Source: a virus
Lineage: Duplodnaviria; Caudoviricetes
Virus record (IMG/VR): IMGVR_UViG_3300032225_000840
Span: 434-64,433 of that record
DNA: 64,000 nucleotides
Direction: 5' to 3' (one strand)
Part shown: positions 27,735 to 36,534 of the stretch, piece after piece
Numbering within the stretch: position 1 is the stretch's first letter
Layout of the letters: every line of letters begins with the position of its first letter
Position numbers and translations under genes: made by a program
The notes under the pieces: model-generated
Told to the model about the DNA's origin: nothing
Databases searched by the model: none
What the model saw: the letters and a program-made list of their open reading frames with translations, nothing else

Positions 27735-28424
27735 TCAATCTACTCCATTATGGGGGCAACTTGTTACAGAACACCATTTCTTGCAACTAAAATTGCGCTT
27801 AGGGTTCCAGACCCCATTATTGTGACATGCCTCCAACTGTTGTACAAGAGGTTTAAATTGCTCAAAAAATGCTGTTCTAAAGAAGCATTGGTATTCATCC
27901 CTAATAAACTCTTTAGAAACAACGAATAACAATCCAGCCTTAATTATTTTGATTTCGGGGAAATGGGTAAATACAGCCCCCGCTAAAAGTTTTAACTGTT
28001 TAGTATCTGCATACTTAGCCGATTTTCCAGTCTTATAGTCTATAACTCTAGCCTCTTGATTTTCACGATCTAGGATAATTAAATCTGCAATGCCCCTCCA
28101 CCAAACATCTTTATCAAAAAAGTCACATGGAAGTATATGCCCTTCTTTTGTTAGTTTTACGCCTAACTTGAACTCGCACAGTTTTTCCCCGTCAATTGCT
28201 TTTAGTTTGTCCAACATTTCTTGTATAAAAGCATATTTTTCAGGCAAAGGTTTACCGTCTCGTATATGTTCTTCAGCCGCCAAATGTAAATCTTTACCAT
28301 AATTCATGGCTTCTGATTCAGGCTCTTTAATATCTTTAGCGACCCGAAGGTGGTAATACTTTTTAGGGCATTGCTCAAACAACGTGATACTGCTATAAGA
28401 CCATGCGGTCATGTCCATTCCCAT
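27735..28424 (-). CDS. PD-(D/E)xK exonuclease, Cas4/RecB-like with Fe-S cysteines
   Basis: CPKKYY, RGIADL, IDYKTGK, QLKL, and C-terminal CKKWC..TSC. Confidence 0.85.
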   Translation of the reverse strand: MGMDMTAWSYSSITLFEQCPKKYYHLRVAKDIKEPESEAMNYGKDLHLAAEEHIRDGKPLPEKYAFIQEMLDKLKAIDGEKLCEFKLGVKLTKEGHILPCDFFDKDVWWRGIADLIILDRENQEARVIDYKTGKSAKYADTKQLKLLAGAVFTHFPEIKIIKAGLLFVVSKEFIRDEYQCFFRTAFFEQFKPLVQQLEACHNNGVWNPKRNFSCKKWCSVTSCPHNGVD

Positions 28425-28651
28425 TCGTCGTCATCAACATCGGCGCTTTCTAAAACCGATTTTTTAGCACGCTCTAACCACCACACCATAAGTGCGGCAT
28501 CGCTAGTTGTGCTTATAAAACGTTCTACGCCTTCTTTGTCATAGCCAATCATAACAAAAGACTCAAACGTACCTTTGTTTGCTTCTAATATTGTATCAGC
28601 ATCTAAGTCTGAAGTCGTATTGCCCGTAAAAGGAAGTATCTTATCAACCAT
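28409..28651 (-). CDS. Hypothetical protein
   Basis: Tightly packed operon ORF with acidic C-terminus. Confidence 0.6.
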   Translation of the reverse strand: MVDKILPFTGNTTSDLDADTILEANKGTFESFVMIGYDKEGVERFISTTSDAALMVWWLERAKKSVLESADVDDDEWEWT

Positions 28652-28859
28652 TTAATTTTTCCTCTGCTTGTTTGTAGAGGGCAAAAACACTTTCATAAAC
28701 CCGTTTATATTCTACTGTTTTACGGCGTTCAAAATCTAAGGCATTTTGTAACCTCATTATTTCCCTATTAAGCCTTTGGATTTCGCTTTGTTGAGAATGT
28801 ATCTGTTCTACCATACCTAACTTTGCATACTCCATATCTTCTGTCGTCCACGTAGTCAT
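28644..28859 (-). CDS. Coiled-coil hypothetical protein
   Basis: TTWTTEDME...heptad pattern; overlapping start/stop. Confidence 0.6.
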   Translation of the reverse strand: MTTWTTEDMEYAKLGMVEQIHSQQSEIQRLNREIMRLQNALDFERRKTVEYKRVYESVFALYKQAEEKLNG

Positions 28860-29170
28860 CAGAAATACTCCCTTTTTAGTGGTAGTTCATAGGAATAATA
28901 CTCATCATACTTAAGTGTTTTAGGTTGATGATAAAACTTGCGTGCCTTTAACAAAGATGCGTTATCTTTAAATTTCATTGTTCCATCTTCATCCTTATAT
29001 GCCACAGTTAAGAACGCATTAGGGTTTTCACCATGTAGTTTTACTAACGCTTGGTGTATCCGAGAGTTAATATTGCTTACATCTTTTATTGAAAACGTAC
29101 GTCTTAAATGGGGGGTACTTCTACTTGACGATACTACTAGGTCTTGTCTTTGTTCTTTAGTTAATAACAT
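28859..29170 (-). CDS. Hypothetical protein
   Basis: AAGGAG RBS; translationally coupled. Confidence 0.6.
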   Translation of the reverse strand: MLLTKEQRQDLVVSSSRSTPHLRRTFSIKDVSNINSRIHQALVKLHGENPNAFLTVAYKDEDGTMKFKDNASLLKARKFYHQPKTLKYDEYYSYELPLKREYF

Positions 29171-29182
29171 TTGCTTCTCCTT

Positions 29183-31003
29183 TTAACAATCACCATACGA
29201 TTTACCACTACCCACCTCACAATTTACGGGCAAACCCTTTGCCCAATCGGGTGTCCATTTCATACATTTTGCTACGTACTCTACTGCTTCTTCCTTCTCG
29301 TTCTCAGGTGCAATACACGCTATCGCATCATGCACCGTCAAAACGGGTTTGTATCGTTTGGCTATACGTAACATCTGCTCGCCAATAATACATCTTGCAA
29401 GGGCTTGGCAAATGTTTTCCACCAATTTACCCCCATATATTTTTACTGAGCCTCGCCTAGCGGTATATATATACTGGTCACCCTCATTGGTTCTTACTTT
29501 GTGTAGGTTGGGGTAACGCTGATATAGTCCGTTAGGTAGTAATAGCCCTAATTCCCCATGCACCTCGACGCAACCATTTCCAAAGGTACTAGCCTCATTT
29601 TTGAGCATCCCCTCGATAGCCGTTCTACCCTGCGACCAGAGTTTGGGGATTTGAGGATATGTTTGGCGGTAAGTCTGAATGATATGGATAGCTTCCGCTT
29701 CCGCAATCTCCATGCCAAAAGTTTTGAGTTGCACCCCGAATTTCTTTGCGCCCATGCCGTAACCAGCGCCAAGGATTGTCGTCTTCCCAACGAAGCGTTC
29801 AGTCTTATCGATGTCTTCACTAGGTTTGCTGTAAATCGCCGAAGCCATAATTTTGTATACATCTTGCCCATTAGCAAATGCCTCCACTAAATCGTGTTGT
29901 CCTGATAACCAAGCCAGTACCCGTGCCTCAATCTGCGAAGAATCGGAATCAATTAATACATATCCATCGGGTGCTTTTATGGCGTGCTTAAGTTTCCCTG
30001 CGTTCTGCCCTCTACTTGGTAAGTTTTGTAGATTAATTTTATCGGCGCCGCCCCAACGCCCTGTATGTGCGGCATAGTATTGAAGTGGCACAGGCATATT
30101 CCCACGCTGAGAAATTGAAATAAACCGTTCTGTTCTTGTTTCTTCTAGTGTAGACTTGTTACCTAATCGTGCTGCGACCAAGGCTTGAACTCGGTCATCG
30201 GGATGCTCAGCAAGGGCTTTAAACTCCTCATCGGATTTAGCCAACGCCAAAGTTTCTTTACCCGTTGTTAGACTAATTTTAGTTGGCGGTACTACCCCTA
30301 AGTTGCGTAGCATTTCAGCAAACTTGGGGTTACTCATCAGGTCATCTCGTGTTTCAATACCCGCATCTTCAAGCAGTTGAGCCTTACGTTCTTTTACACT
30401 TTCTAGATGTTCTAGAAGTAATTCGTGATCCAAAACTAAAGATGGTTCTGAAAACATTTTTATAGTAAGGCTTATAAGTTGTAGTTCGCTAAGCCCAAAA
30501 CTTGGTACAAGTTTTTTAAATAGTTTGTATGTTAGTTCAACATCGTTCTTACAATACCCACCATAAGCATCGAGTTCCTCTTTGCTGAACATAACTCGGT
30601 TCTTACCTTTAGCATCTAAAACCTCCGTCCCTTTTTGACCGAGTTCGTAGTGGGTTGTGAGTTTAGCCAAACTATTCCCGACTTCGCTTCCATGTAGCGC
30701 TCGTGCCATACTAAGGGTATCCAGCCACGCTTTTGGCTTAATACCAAATCGCCAAGTAAGTATAGCGGCATCAAACATAGCATTATGGGCAAGAACAGCA
30801 GAATTACTCCAGTCATAATTAGCCAAAAAATCACAAACTCTATCCCCGCTTCCACTAAACCATAGCGTTTCATTGTCGTCCTCCTTAATGGCAACACCAA
30901 TTACCTCAAACAAAGGTGACCTAACATATTCCTCAGTTGTAATTTTGCTAAGGGAAAAGTCTTGGTCATAATAAGTTTCAAAATCTATTGTTATTATTTT
31001 CAC
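29183..31003 (-). CDS. polA: DNA polymerase family A with 3'-5' exonuclease
   Basis: IDFETYY, HNAMFD, TGRWGG, DSSQIEAR (motif A), RFVGKTTILGAGYG (motif B), TVHD (motif C). GTG start. Confidence 0.93.
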   Translation of the reverse strand: MKIITIDFETYYDQDFSLSKITTEEYVRSPLFEVIGVAIKEDDNETLWFSGSGDRVCDFLANYDWSNSAVLAHNAMFDAAILTWRFGIKPKAWLDTLSMARALHGSEVGNSLAKLTTHYELGQKGTEVLDAKGKNRVMFSKEELDAYGGYCKNDVELTYKLFKKLVPSFGLSELQLISLTIKMFSEPSLVLDHELLLEHLESVKERKAQLLEDAGIETRDDLMSNPKFAEMLRNLGVVPPTKISLTTGKETLALAKSDEEFKALAEHPDDRVQALVAARLGNKSTLEETRTERFISISQRGNMPVPLQYYAAHTGRWGGADKINLQNLPSRGQNAGKLKHAIKAPDGYVLIDSDSSQIEARVLAWLSGQHDLVEAFANGQDVYKIMASAIYSKPSEDIDKTERFVGKTTILGAGYGMGAKKFGVQLKTFGMEIAEAEAIHIIQTYRQTYPQIPKLWSQGRTAIEGMLKNEASTFGNGCVEVHGELGLLLPNGLYQRYPNLHKVRTNEGDQYIYTARRGSVKIYGGKLVENICQALARCIIGEQMLRIAKRYKPVLTVHDAIACIAPENEKEEAVEYVAKCMKWTPDWAKGLPVNCEVGSGKSYGDC

Positions 31004-31005
31004 GT

Positions 31006-31101
31006 TTATATGTCAGAAAAATATCTAATTATTAAAAATAATATTACTGCCCAAAGAGCAATAATCCCAAAAAAACTTAAAAGAAAAGTAATCTCATTCA
31101 C
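31006..31101 (-). CDS. Tiny membrane peptide (31 aa)
   Basis: GTG start; VNEITFLLSFFGIIALWAVILFLIIRYFSDI fills the intergenic gap. Confidence 0.4.
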   Translation of the reverse strand: MNEITFLLSFFGIIALWAVILFLIIRYFSDI

Positions 31102-31421
31102 TTAGTTTTTTTCTTTTTATTCTTTACTGATCTTTCATCAATTAATTTGGCAAACATCTTTTCACGATGGGCTATAACTTCTGGTGGTGCATACTCATCT
31201 AATTCGTATATTTGTTTGTATAGATCATATAAATTTGCGGCTTTTAAATCTATGGTGTAAGCAATACCAAGTAAGTGGTTTGCAACCTCATCTTCAGTCA
31301 ATGGGTCAGGTATGTCTGAATATCGTTTTAAAAATAATAGTACATGTTCTTTCATACTCCACACATCTATTATTGCAGTTTCAAGTTCTGACATTAGCCT
31401 GTTTTCATGTATGCTATTCAC
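31098..31421 (-). CDS. Hypothetical protein
   Basis: 107-aa ORF coupled to its neighbours. Confidence 0.6.
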   Translation of the reverse strand: MNSIHENRLMSELETAIIDVWSMKEHVLLFLKRYSDIPDPLTEDEVANHLLGIAYTIDLKAANLYDLYKQIYELDEYAPPEVIAHREKMFAKLIDERSVKNKKKKTK

Positions 31422-31614
31422 CTAAATCTCTCCCAAAAAAATCTTCCATTGTAAATCCTCTCGCATGCAATATCCTTTTTAATTTTGCTAATGCAGTTCG
31501 TTCCGCTTCCGATACGGCGGCTCTAGTAAGTCCAAGCCGTTGCGCAATTTCTTCATGCGTCATGCAGGGTTGTTCGGCTACCCTTCGTTTCGGTGGTCGT
31601 TTGCCCTCCTCCAT
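31414..31614 (-). CDS. Sigma70 region 4-like HTH protein
   Basis: MTHEEIAQRLGLTRAAVSEAERTALAKLK. Confidence 0.75.
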   Translation of the reverse strand: MEEGKRPPKRRVAEQPCMTHEEIAQRLGLTRAAVSEAERTALAKLKRILHARGFTMEDFFGRDLGE

Positions 31615-31701
31615 TTAAATCCCTTTTCTTAAATACATAACCAAATAAAAACCCGCTTAGAAAAGCCAGTATAGACCAAGATAAAAATAAAATAAATAGG
31701 C

Positions 31702-32010
31702 TCATTTACCATACCCCTTACGATTACCGTTATTATCAAAGTAGTTTACTGTACCACTCGAATTAGGCACGGCGTATCCTACCCTATTACCGTTGTTATC
31801 ATACACTCCATTTTTACTGCTAAAGTTGGCATCTGAGTTGTTCCAGTTGTATGGTGAGTTAGCCCAGTTATATCCCGAATTAGCAAAGTTAGAATCGGAA
31901 TTGGCAAAGTTATAGGGCGAGTTAGCCCAGTTATACTCTGAAGCACTTTGCGCAAAGCAATGGTTTGTTATGCCTATGAATAAAAACGCAAACACAATTT
32001 TACTTATCAT
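31702..32010 (-). CDS. Exported small protein with 7-aa Asn/aromatic repeats
   Basis: Signal-peptide-like N-terminus; NWANSPY/NFANSDS/NFANSGY/NWANSPY/NWNNSDA. Confidence 0.75.
   Translation of the reverse strand: MISKIVFAFLFIGITNHCFAQSASEYNWANSPYNFANSDSNFANSGYNWANSPYNWNNSDANFSSKNGVYDNNGNRVGYAVPNSSGTVNYFDNNGNRKGYGK
31828..31932. repeat. Five degenerate 21-bp tandem repeats (coding)
   Basis: Units ending in CAGTT/AAGTT at 21-bp spacing. Confidence 0.8.
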
Positions 32011-32240
32011 TTCTCTTGTGCCTTTTTTAGTATTGCTCTAGCAAAATTTAAAATATACATATCATCAGGGTATATATGTCCGCTTTTTTTATTTTGATAC
32101 GCACCATTTTCAATAGCAGTTTTAAATATTTCCTCATCTGTTAGTTCTTTTAATTGTGGTGAACAAGTATGAATAGAATCCCCTGTAACCCTTTTGCCAC
32201 AACCTAACCACGCAATCCACACTACTGGTTCATTGTTCAT
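32007..32240 (-). CDS. Hypothetical protein
   Basis: LTDEEI...NFARAILKKAQEK pattern. Confidence 0.6.
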   Translation of the reverse strand: MNNEPVVWIAWLGCGKRVTGDSIHTCSPQLKELTDEEIFKTAIENGAYQNKKSGHIYPDDMYILNFARAILKKAQEK

Positions 32241-32416
32241 TTCTCTTGTGCCTTTTCTTCGTCATATTTTGTTACCCATACTAACGCATCTGATAAGTTT
32301 AAAAAACTAGGGGAGTAATGCGTTTTGTTTTCCCAATGATATGACGGCTCATCAGAAATTAACCAAGCTTCATTTGCCCATTTAGCAGTTCGATTGTGAG
32401 TTATTTTTAAGTTCAT
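32237..32416 (-). CDS. Hypothetical protein
   Basis: Start placed at ATG 32416; ends KAQEK like its neighbour. Confidence 0.5.
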   Translation of the reverse strand: MNLKITHNRTAKWANEAWLISDEPSYHWENKTHYSPSFLNLSDALVWVTKYDEEKAQEK

Positions 32417-32418
32417 TT

Positions 32419-32574
32419 TCAAAACGGTGCCTCCTCAAAGGTATATACTGGCTTGGGTTTACGCACACACTTAAATGTCCACCCCTTGCGCAAAGCACAT
32501 AAGGCTTGGGCTTCTTCTTGACGACCCACTATCCGCATAGTTTCGCCGTCTTCGTTTTTAACGACGTAACTTAT
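32419..32574 (-). CDS. Small ORF with ATA in the start position
   Basis: Open frame (I)SYVVKNEDGETMRIVGRQEEAQALC...YTFEEAPF with an AAGGA RBS 7 nt before ATA. Confidence 0.45.
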   Translation of the reverse strand: MSYVVKNEDGETMRIVGRQEEAQALCALRKGWTFKCVRKPKPVYTFEEAPF

Positions 32575-32750
32575 TTCACTTTCCTTTTTCTAACCGCAAC
32601 AATACCCTTTTCTTCTTTAGCCGTCCTTGCTTCAAGCATTGCATCTGCTATGTCCCACGCTTCTTTTACTTCCCATACACTACCCCTACTCATAAACCCA
32701 AGCATGGCAAACATAGCAAAGCAATCTCTTAAATCGTCGTCGCCGATCAT
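32571..32750 (-). CDS. Small phage protein (LRD.FA..AM...ADAML family, 59 aa)
   Basis: Not in the ORF track. MIGDDDLRDCFAMFAMLG...AWDIADAMLEAR. Confidence 0.7.
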   Translation of the reverse strand: MIGDDDLRDCFAMFAMLGFMSRGSVWEVKEAWDIADAMLEARTAKEEKGIVAVRKRKVK

Positions 32751-33271
32751 ACACTCAGTCGACTATCAAACACCGCTTTAAGTAGCGCATATACTTCTTT
32801 AGCCTGATACAAGTTTAGTGTTTGGACTAATTTTTGGGCGTCAAAAACTTTTGCTTCGGGGAAAGGTACGTCGGGTTTTGTGATAGTTACTTTTGCAGTA
32901 GCACTTTGAACTTTGAGTTTCTTGGGTTTACTTGCAAGTAACGACCTATACTTAGCCTCGACTGCGTAGTATACAAAATAAGTTTTTCTACCAAAACCTT
33001 TGTAGTTTGTATATGGCATTTCTTTTCTACCCAATATGCCCGTGTCTACCATCTTTTTAAGTAGCGTAGCAATAACATTATCCCGTAATTTAGGAAAGGC
33101 TTTTTTAGCATCAATAACGGTAACATTGGGATTTACTTTTACCCAGTTAAATAGTCGCTCATTGGTCGTTTCGGCGGGTTTACCTTCTCTAAACCCATAT
33201 TTAGAATTTATCATAACGGGTTTATCCCACGTGTTAATTGTTTTTAACATTTCTGTTCTTAAGTCAGGCAT
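32747..33271 (-). CDS. Winged-helix-like DNA-binding protein
   Basis: LFNWVKVNPNVT...VIATLLKKMVDTGILGR...VYYA; basic. Confidence 0.5.
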   Translation of the reverse strand: MPDLRTEMLKTINTWDKPVMINSKYGFREGKPAETTNERLFNWVKVNPNVTVIDAKKAFPKLRDNVIATLLKKMVDTGILGRKEMPYTNYKGFGRKTYFVYYAVEAKYRSLLASKPKKLKVQSATAKVTITKPDVPFPEAKVFDAQKLVQTLNLYQAKEVYALLKAVFDSRLSV

Positions 33272-33272
33272 T

Positions 33273-33569
33273 TTATTTCTCCTCTATTTGGTTAATTTCT
33301 CTTGCTAAATACCATTGGGCTTTCTTCAAGTCCTCTAGTTTTTTACCCTTATGGTCGGCACGGCTTACATACTTAACTACATTACCTAGGTTATACCCCA
33401 AGTTTTTGGCTTCAATGAAGTCAATAGTTTCAATACCGCCTACCTTGTAATGCTCAGGGCTATTTACCATATCCTTCGCCCTTGCTTTCCTACCTTTGGT
33501 TACTTCTCGTGCAATTTCTTCTGCAACTTTTGGGTTATCTATTACTTCTTCTACTGTTGTCCAATTCAT
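33273..33569 (-). CDS. DUF3310-like phage protein
   Basis: DMVNSPEHYKVGGIETIDFI...GNVVKYVSRADHKG...EDLKKAQWYL. Confidence 0.85.
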   Translation of the reverse strand: MNWTTVEEVIDNPKVAEEIAREVTKGRKARAKDMVNSPEHYKVGGIETIDFIEAKNLGYNLGNVVKYVSRADHKGKKLEDLKKAQWYLAREINQIEEK

Positions 33570-33920
33570 TTACTTCTCCTTTTTTATTAGCAAATCAAAT
33601 AACATACCCGCACCAACTTGATCTTCGTTGGCTAGGGCTTCTAACAACCTCTCAAGATCGGCTACACCGTTCTCGTTTACTACAACCGCTATACCCCCCG
33701 CTTTAACAATCTCTGCTAAGTTTTTCTCTTGCAAAGCAGTAGGTTTACCACTTCCCGCCTTGGCTTCTATACCTATGAATTTGCCCTTGAAACATAAGAC
33801 TATGTCAGGTACACCTGAAGTTCCAAACCCGCCTGTAACGGGCGTAAACATATAGACATTGTGCTTTTTGAGCAATGCCTTAATAGATTCTTTAACCTTT
33901 TTCTCAGGTGTACTTGCCAT
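33570..33920 (-). CDS. VRR-NUC nuclease (resolvase-like)
   Basis: TPEKKVK, GVPDIV, FIGIEAKAGSGKPTALQ. Confidence 0.88.
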   Translation of the reverse strand: MASTPEKKVKESIKALLKKHNVYMFTPVTGGFGTSGVPDIVLCFKGKFIGIEAKAGSGKPTALQEKNLAEIVKAGGIAVVVNENGVADLERLLEALANEDQVGAGMLFDLLIKKEK

Positions 33921-33922
33921 GC

Positions 33923-34324
33923 TTATCCTTCATTCATTGGCTCAAATACATAAAATATTTTGCCGTTTATTTTTTTACCTACATTGTTTACTACTGTATC
34001 GTTTTCAGCAATTTGCAATACATTTACTGACTCCAATACCCAAACAGGCACTTCTTGTTCTGATACTAATTGTTTTATTCTACTAGTTTGTTTTGGCAAA
34101 GTAAAGTCACTTAGTAAATATTTTCCTTCCTTGGTAATCTCCACCCGCCACACATTCTGCATGGGTAATTCTTCTTGTGTCATCATACCCAACACCTCGC
34201 ACAACGCCTTTTTAACAAAGTAGATTGGGTGGTCTTCCTCATAGAACATCTGCGCCCTTTGGTCAGCCCATGCGTTACATATACTCCTAATAAAACCGCC
34301 AATAGGGTTCATAAAATCACCCAA
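33923..34324 (-). CDS. Hypothetical protein
   Basis: C-terminus (VPVWVLESVNVLQI...VGKK...FYV) resembles that of 34309-35148. Confidence 0.6.
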   Translation of the reverse strand: MGDFMNPIGGFIRSICNAWADQRAQMFYEEDHPIYFVKKALCEVLGMMTQEELPMQNVWRVEITKEGKYLLSDFTLPKQTSRIKQLVSEQEVPVWVLESVNVLQIAENDTVVNNVGKKINGKIFYVFEPMNEG

Positions 34325-35148
34325 TATGTACCCGCCCCTTTACTACCAACATCTTCAATAAACGTATCCTTGTCACTAACATCTAGGACAAACATCTTAC
34401 CTCTAATGGCTTCAGGTAATTCCTCTTTTGTATTTACTCTCACAATCTCAGAGTTTGACTTTAATTTATACTCAACGGAATTAGGTAAAACCCTAACAAA
34501 CGCAAAGTCGGGATTATAGGCGTTGACTTCTTTGATTTTCTCAGCGTTATTTTCTAAGAACTCTTTAGCCTTTTGCACATCCGTAGTAATGGGGGCATAT
34601 CCTTTGGCGATCATGTTCATGACTTCTGTAAACAAAGCCGCCCTACCTACATAGTTAATCTTCCCATTTATTGCATCTTGCATAGACGTGCGTCTGTAAA
34701 GTAGTTTGTCCTTAAACCTTTTCTCCCCTTCCGTATATATTTCCTCTAGGGATACGGGCTTTAAGTATTTAACCGCTTCCTTAACAATGTTATTTATATG
34801 TATGGACTTCTTAGATTGGTGTTCTGTTGAACTGTATGGGGAAAACCTATTGTTTTGTATTAACCTACTACGCACATAGTATTTCACCCCCGCACGATCT
34901 TGCTCGACACCAATATTCCCAATCTTTTGCACGGGATTGTCTACATGAAACACGTCAAATTGTGCAGAATATGATTTACAGTCGCCCTTATCCCACTCGT
35001 TCCACCCACGTTTCTCATTTGGTTTGAACATAAGCAAGGGATTTTTCTTCTTAACTGCACTCATTAAATCTACTGCGGGTTCAACTATTTCTACCCCATC
35101 TATTGCTATTGTGTTCATCATTGCTCTCCTTTGTTTAGTTAAAACCAA
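34309..35148 (-). CDS. Hypothetical protein
   Basis: 279 aa; C-terminal ELPEAIRGKMFVLDV..FIEDVG. Confidence 0.7.
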   Translation of the reverse strand: MVLTKQRRAMMNTIAIDGVEIVEPAVDLMSAVKKKNPLLMFKPNEKRGWNEWDKGDCKSYSAQFDVFHVDNPVQKIGNIGVEQDRAGVKYYVRSRLIQNNRFSPYSSTEHQSKKSIHINNIVKEAVKYLKPVSLEEIYTEGEKRFKDKLLYRRTSMQDAINGKINYVGRAALFTEVMNMIAKGYAPITTDVQKAKEFLENNAEKIKEVNAYNPDFAFVRVLPNSVEYKLKSNSEIVRVNTKEELPEAIRGKMFVLDVSDKDTFIEDVGSKGAGTYWVIL

Positions 35149-36098
35149 TTCTTATAGCGATCATGAGCCTTCTCGCCTAGTGGAATCTCGATTGTTTTAA
35201 ATGGCTTTGCTTGTTGATACAGTTCACGCATGATGCGATTTGTAGGGTCGGAATACCCAATATCCTCATACCTATGTTCCTTGTAGTTATACCTACTACG
35301 TTCGCAAACATACTTGTAATGGCACGCTATCTTAAACCATTCTTCGGGTATATCGTCGCCTTTAGGGGTAACAAATTCTTCCCAAGGTTTTTTAGTATTT
35401 TTGAACATATAAGTTAATGAACTGCTGTAATCATACTTTTTCTCCACAATAGGTAACATGGTCTTTATATACTCGATAAATGCCGTTGCCTTTTGTCGAA
35501 CGGGCTTAGCCTGTTTCCTATCCACCCTATGCACCACCTTACGCATTGCAGATAACACACTCCATTGCTCTGTGCCGTTCTTACGAGTAATAACTACGTC
35601 TGCTTTCTCAATCGGGTAATACTTTTTGTCATGCTCTGTTACTACATACTTATCAGCCTTATCGTTTATAAAATCCAAGCCTTTAGGCATATTGTATTTA
35701 TAGAAATAAAATGTTGACGAACTACTGAAACCACCACTATTTATTTCTTGGCTATAATGACTGCGAGGCACATGAATTGTGATAGTTTCATTTCCCGCAT
35801 CTTTTCTATAAGTAATAGCACGAGTATGTTTATAATCTTTATAGTGTTCATCTCCATTTAAATTACGTATTTCTGACCAACGATAGGCATTACAAGTAAT
35901 GTAATACTCCTCATCACTTACTTTGACTATACGTTCATGACATCTATCTCTTTCCCATATAGGTCTTACATCTAACTTTTTACGTATACCTCGTAGTGGG
36001 TCTGTGCTTTCATACCTTTCTTTGACCTTATCAAAGTCAAACATACCACCTTGTCTACGTTGCACTTCTTCGGGTGTTCTCATTGAGCCGTATCCCAT
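35139..36098 (-). CDS. Hypothetical protein
   Basis: 319-aa ORF with RBS in the early operon. Confidence 0.7.
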   Translation of the reverse strand: MGYGSMRTPEEVQRRQGGMFDFDKVKERYESTDPLRGIRKKLDVRPIWERDRCHERIVKVSDEEYYITCNAYRWSEIRNLNGDEHYKDYKHTRAITYRKDAGNETITIHVPRSHYSQEINSGGFSSSSTFYFYKYNMPKGLDFINDKADKYVVTEHDKKYYPIEKADVVITRKNGTEQWSVLSAMRKVVHRVDRKQAKPVRQKATAFIEYIKTMLPIVEKKYDYSSSLTYMFKNTKKPWEEFVTPKGDDIPEEWFKIACHYKYVCERSRYNYKEHRYEDIGYSDPTNRIMRELYQQAKPFKTIEIPLGEKAHDRYKNWF

Positions 36099-36135
36099 GA
36101 TTTACTTCCTTTCCTTAAATTAAAAGTTAATTAAA

Positions 36136-36531
36136 TTACTGCCAGTCTACTTCAACACTTCTGTTTATACAAACTGCACCATACTCTACATCATCACCAC
36201 CATACCTTTCCTCATTGTCATCTGTTTCTTCACCGACACGAGCAAACGCATACCAACATGGGTGTTCTTCATTCGCTTCATCAGCCAATTCAATATAGGT
36301 ATCCACTTTTAAAAGCAACGCTTCATGACATTGCACACCTTCGTAGTCGCTATACCATTTACCTGACCGCATAATAAAACGAACTTCGTTCTCATCTTCA
36401 TTTACTTCTAAGCCTTCATCTTCAAAACACTTCTGCGTTCTTGGGTCTAACTTAGCCTCAGTAACAAACCCGACGAACCTATTTTTTTCTTCAAACTTAA
36501 TTTTGTATGCTACTTGACTGTAATATCCCAT
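36136..36531 (-). CDS. Acidic hypothetical protein
   Basis: MGYYSQV...KWYSDY...FARVGEETDDNEE. Confidence 0.7.
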   Translation of the reverse strand: MGYYSQVAYKIKFEEKNRFVGFVTEAKLDPRTQKCFEDEGLEVNEDENEVRFIMRSGKWYSDYEGVQCHEALLLKVDTYIELADEANEEHPCWYAFARVGEETDDNEERYGGDDVEYGAVCINRSVEVDWQ

Positions 36532-36534
36532 GAT

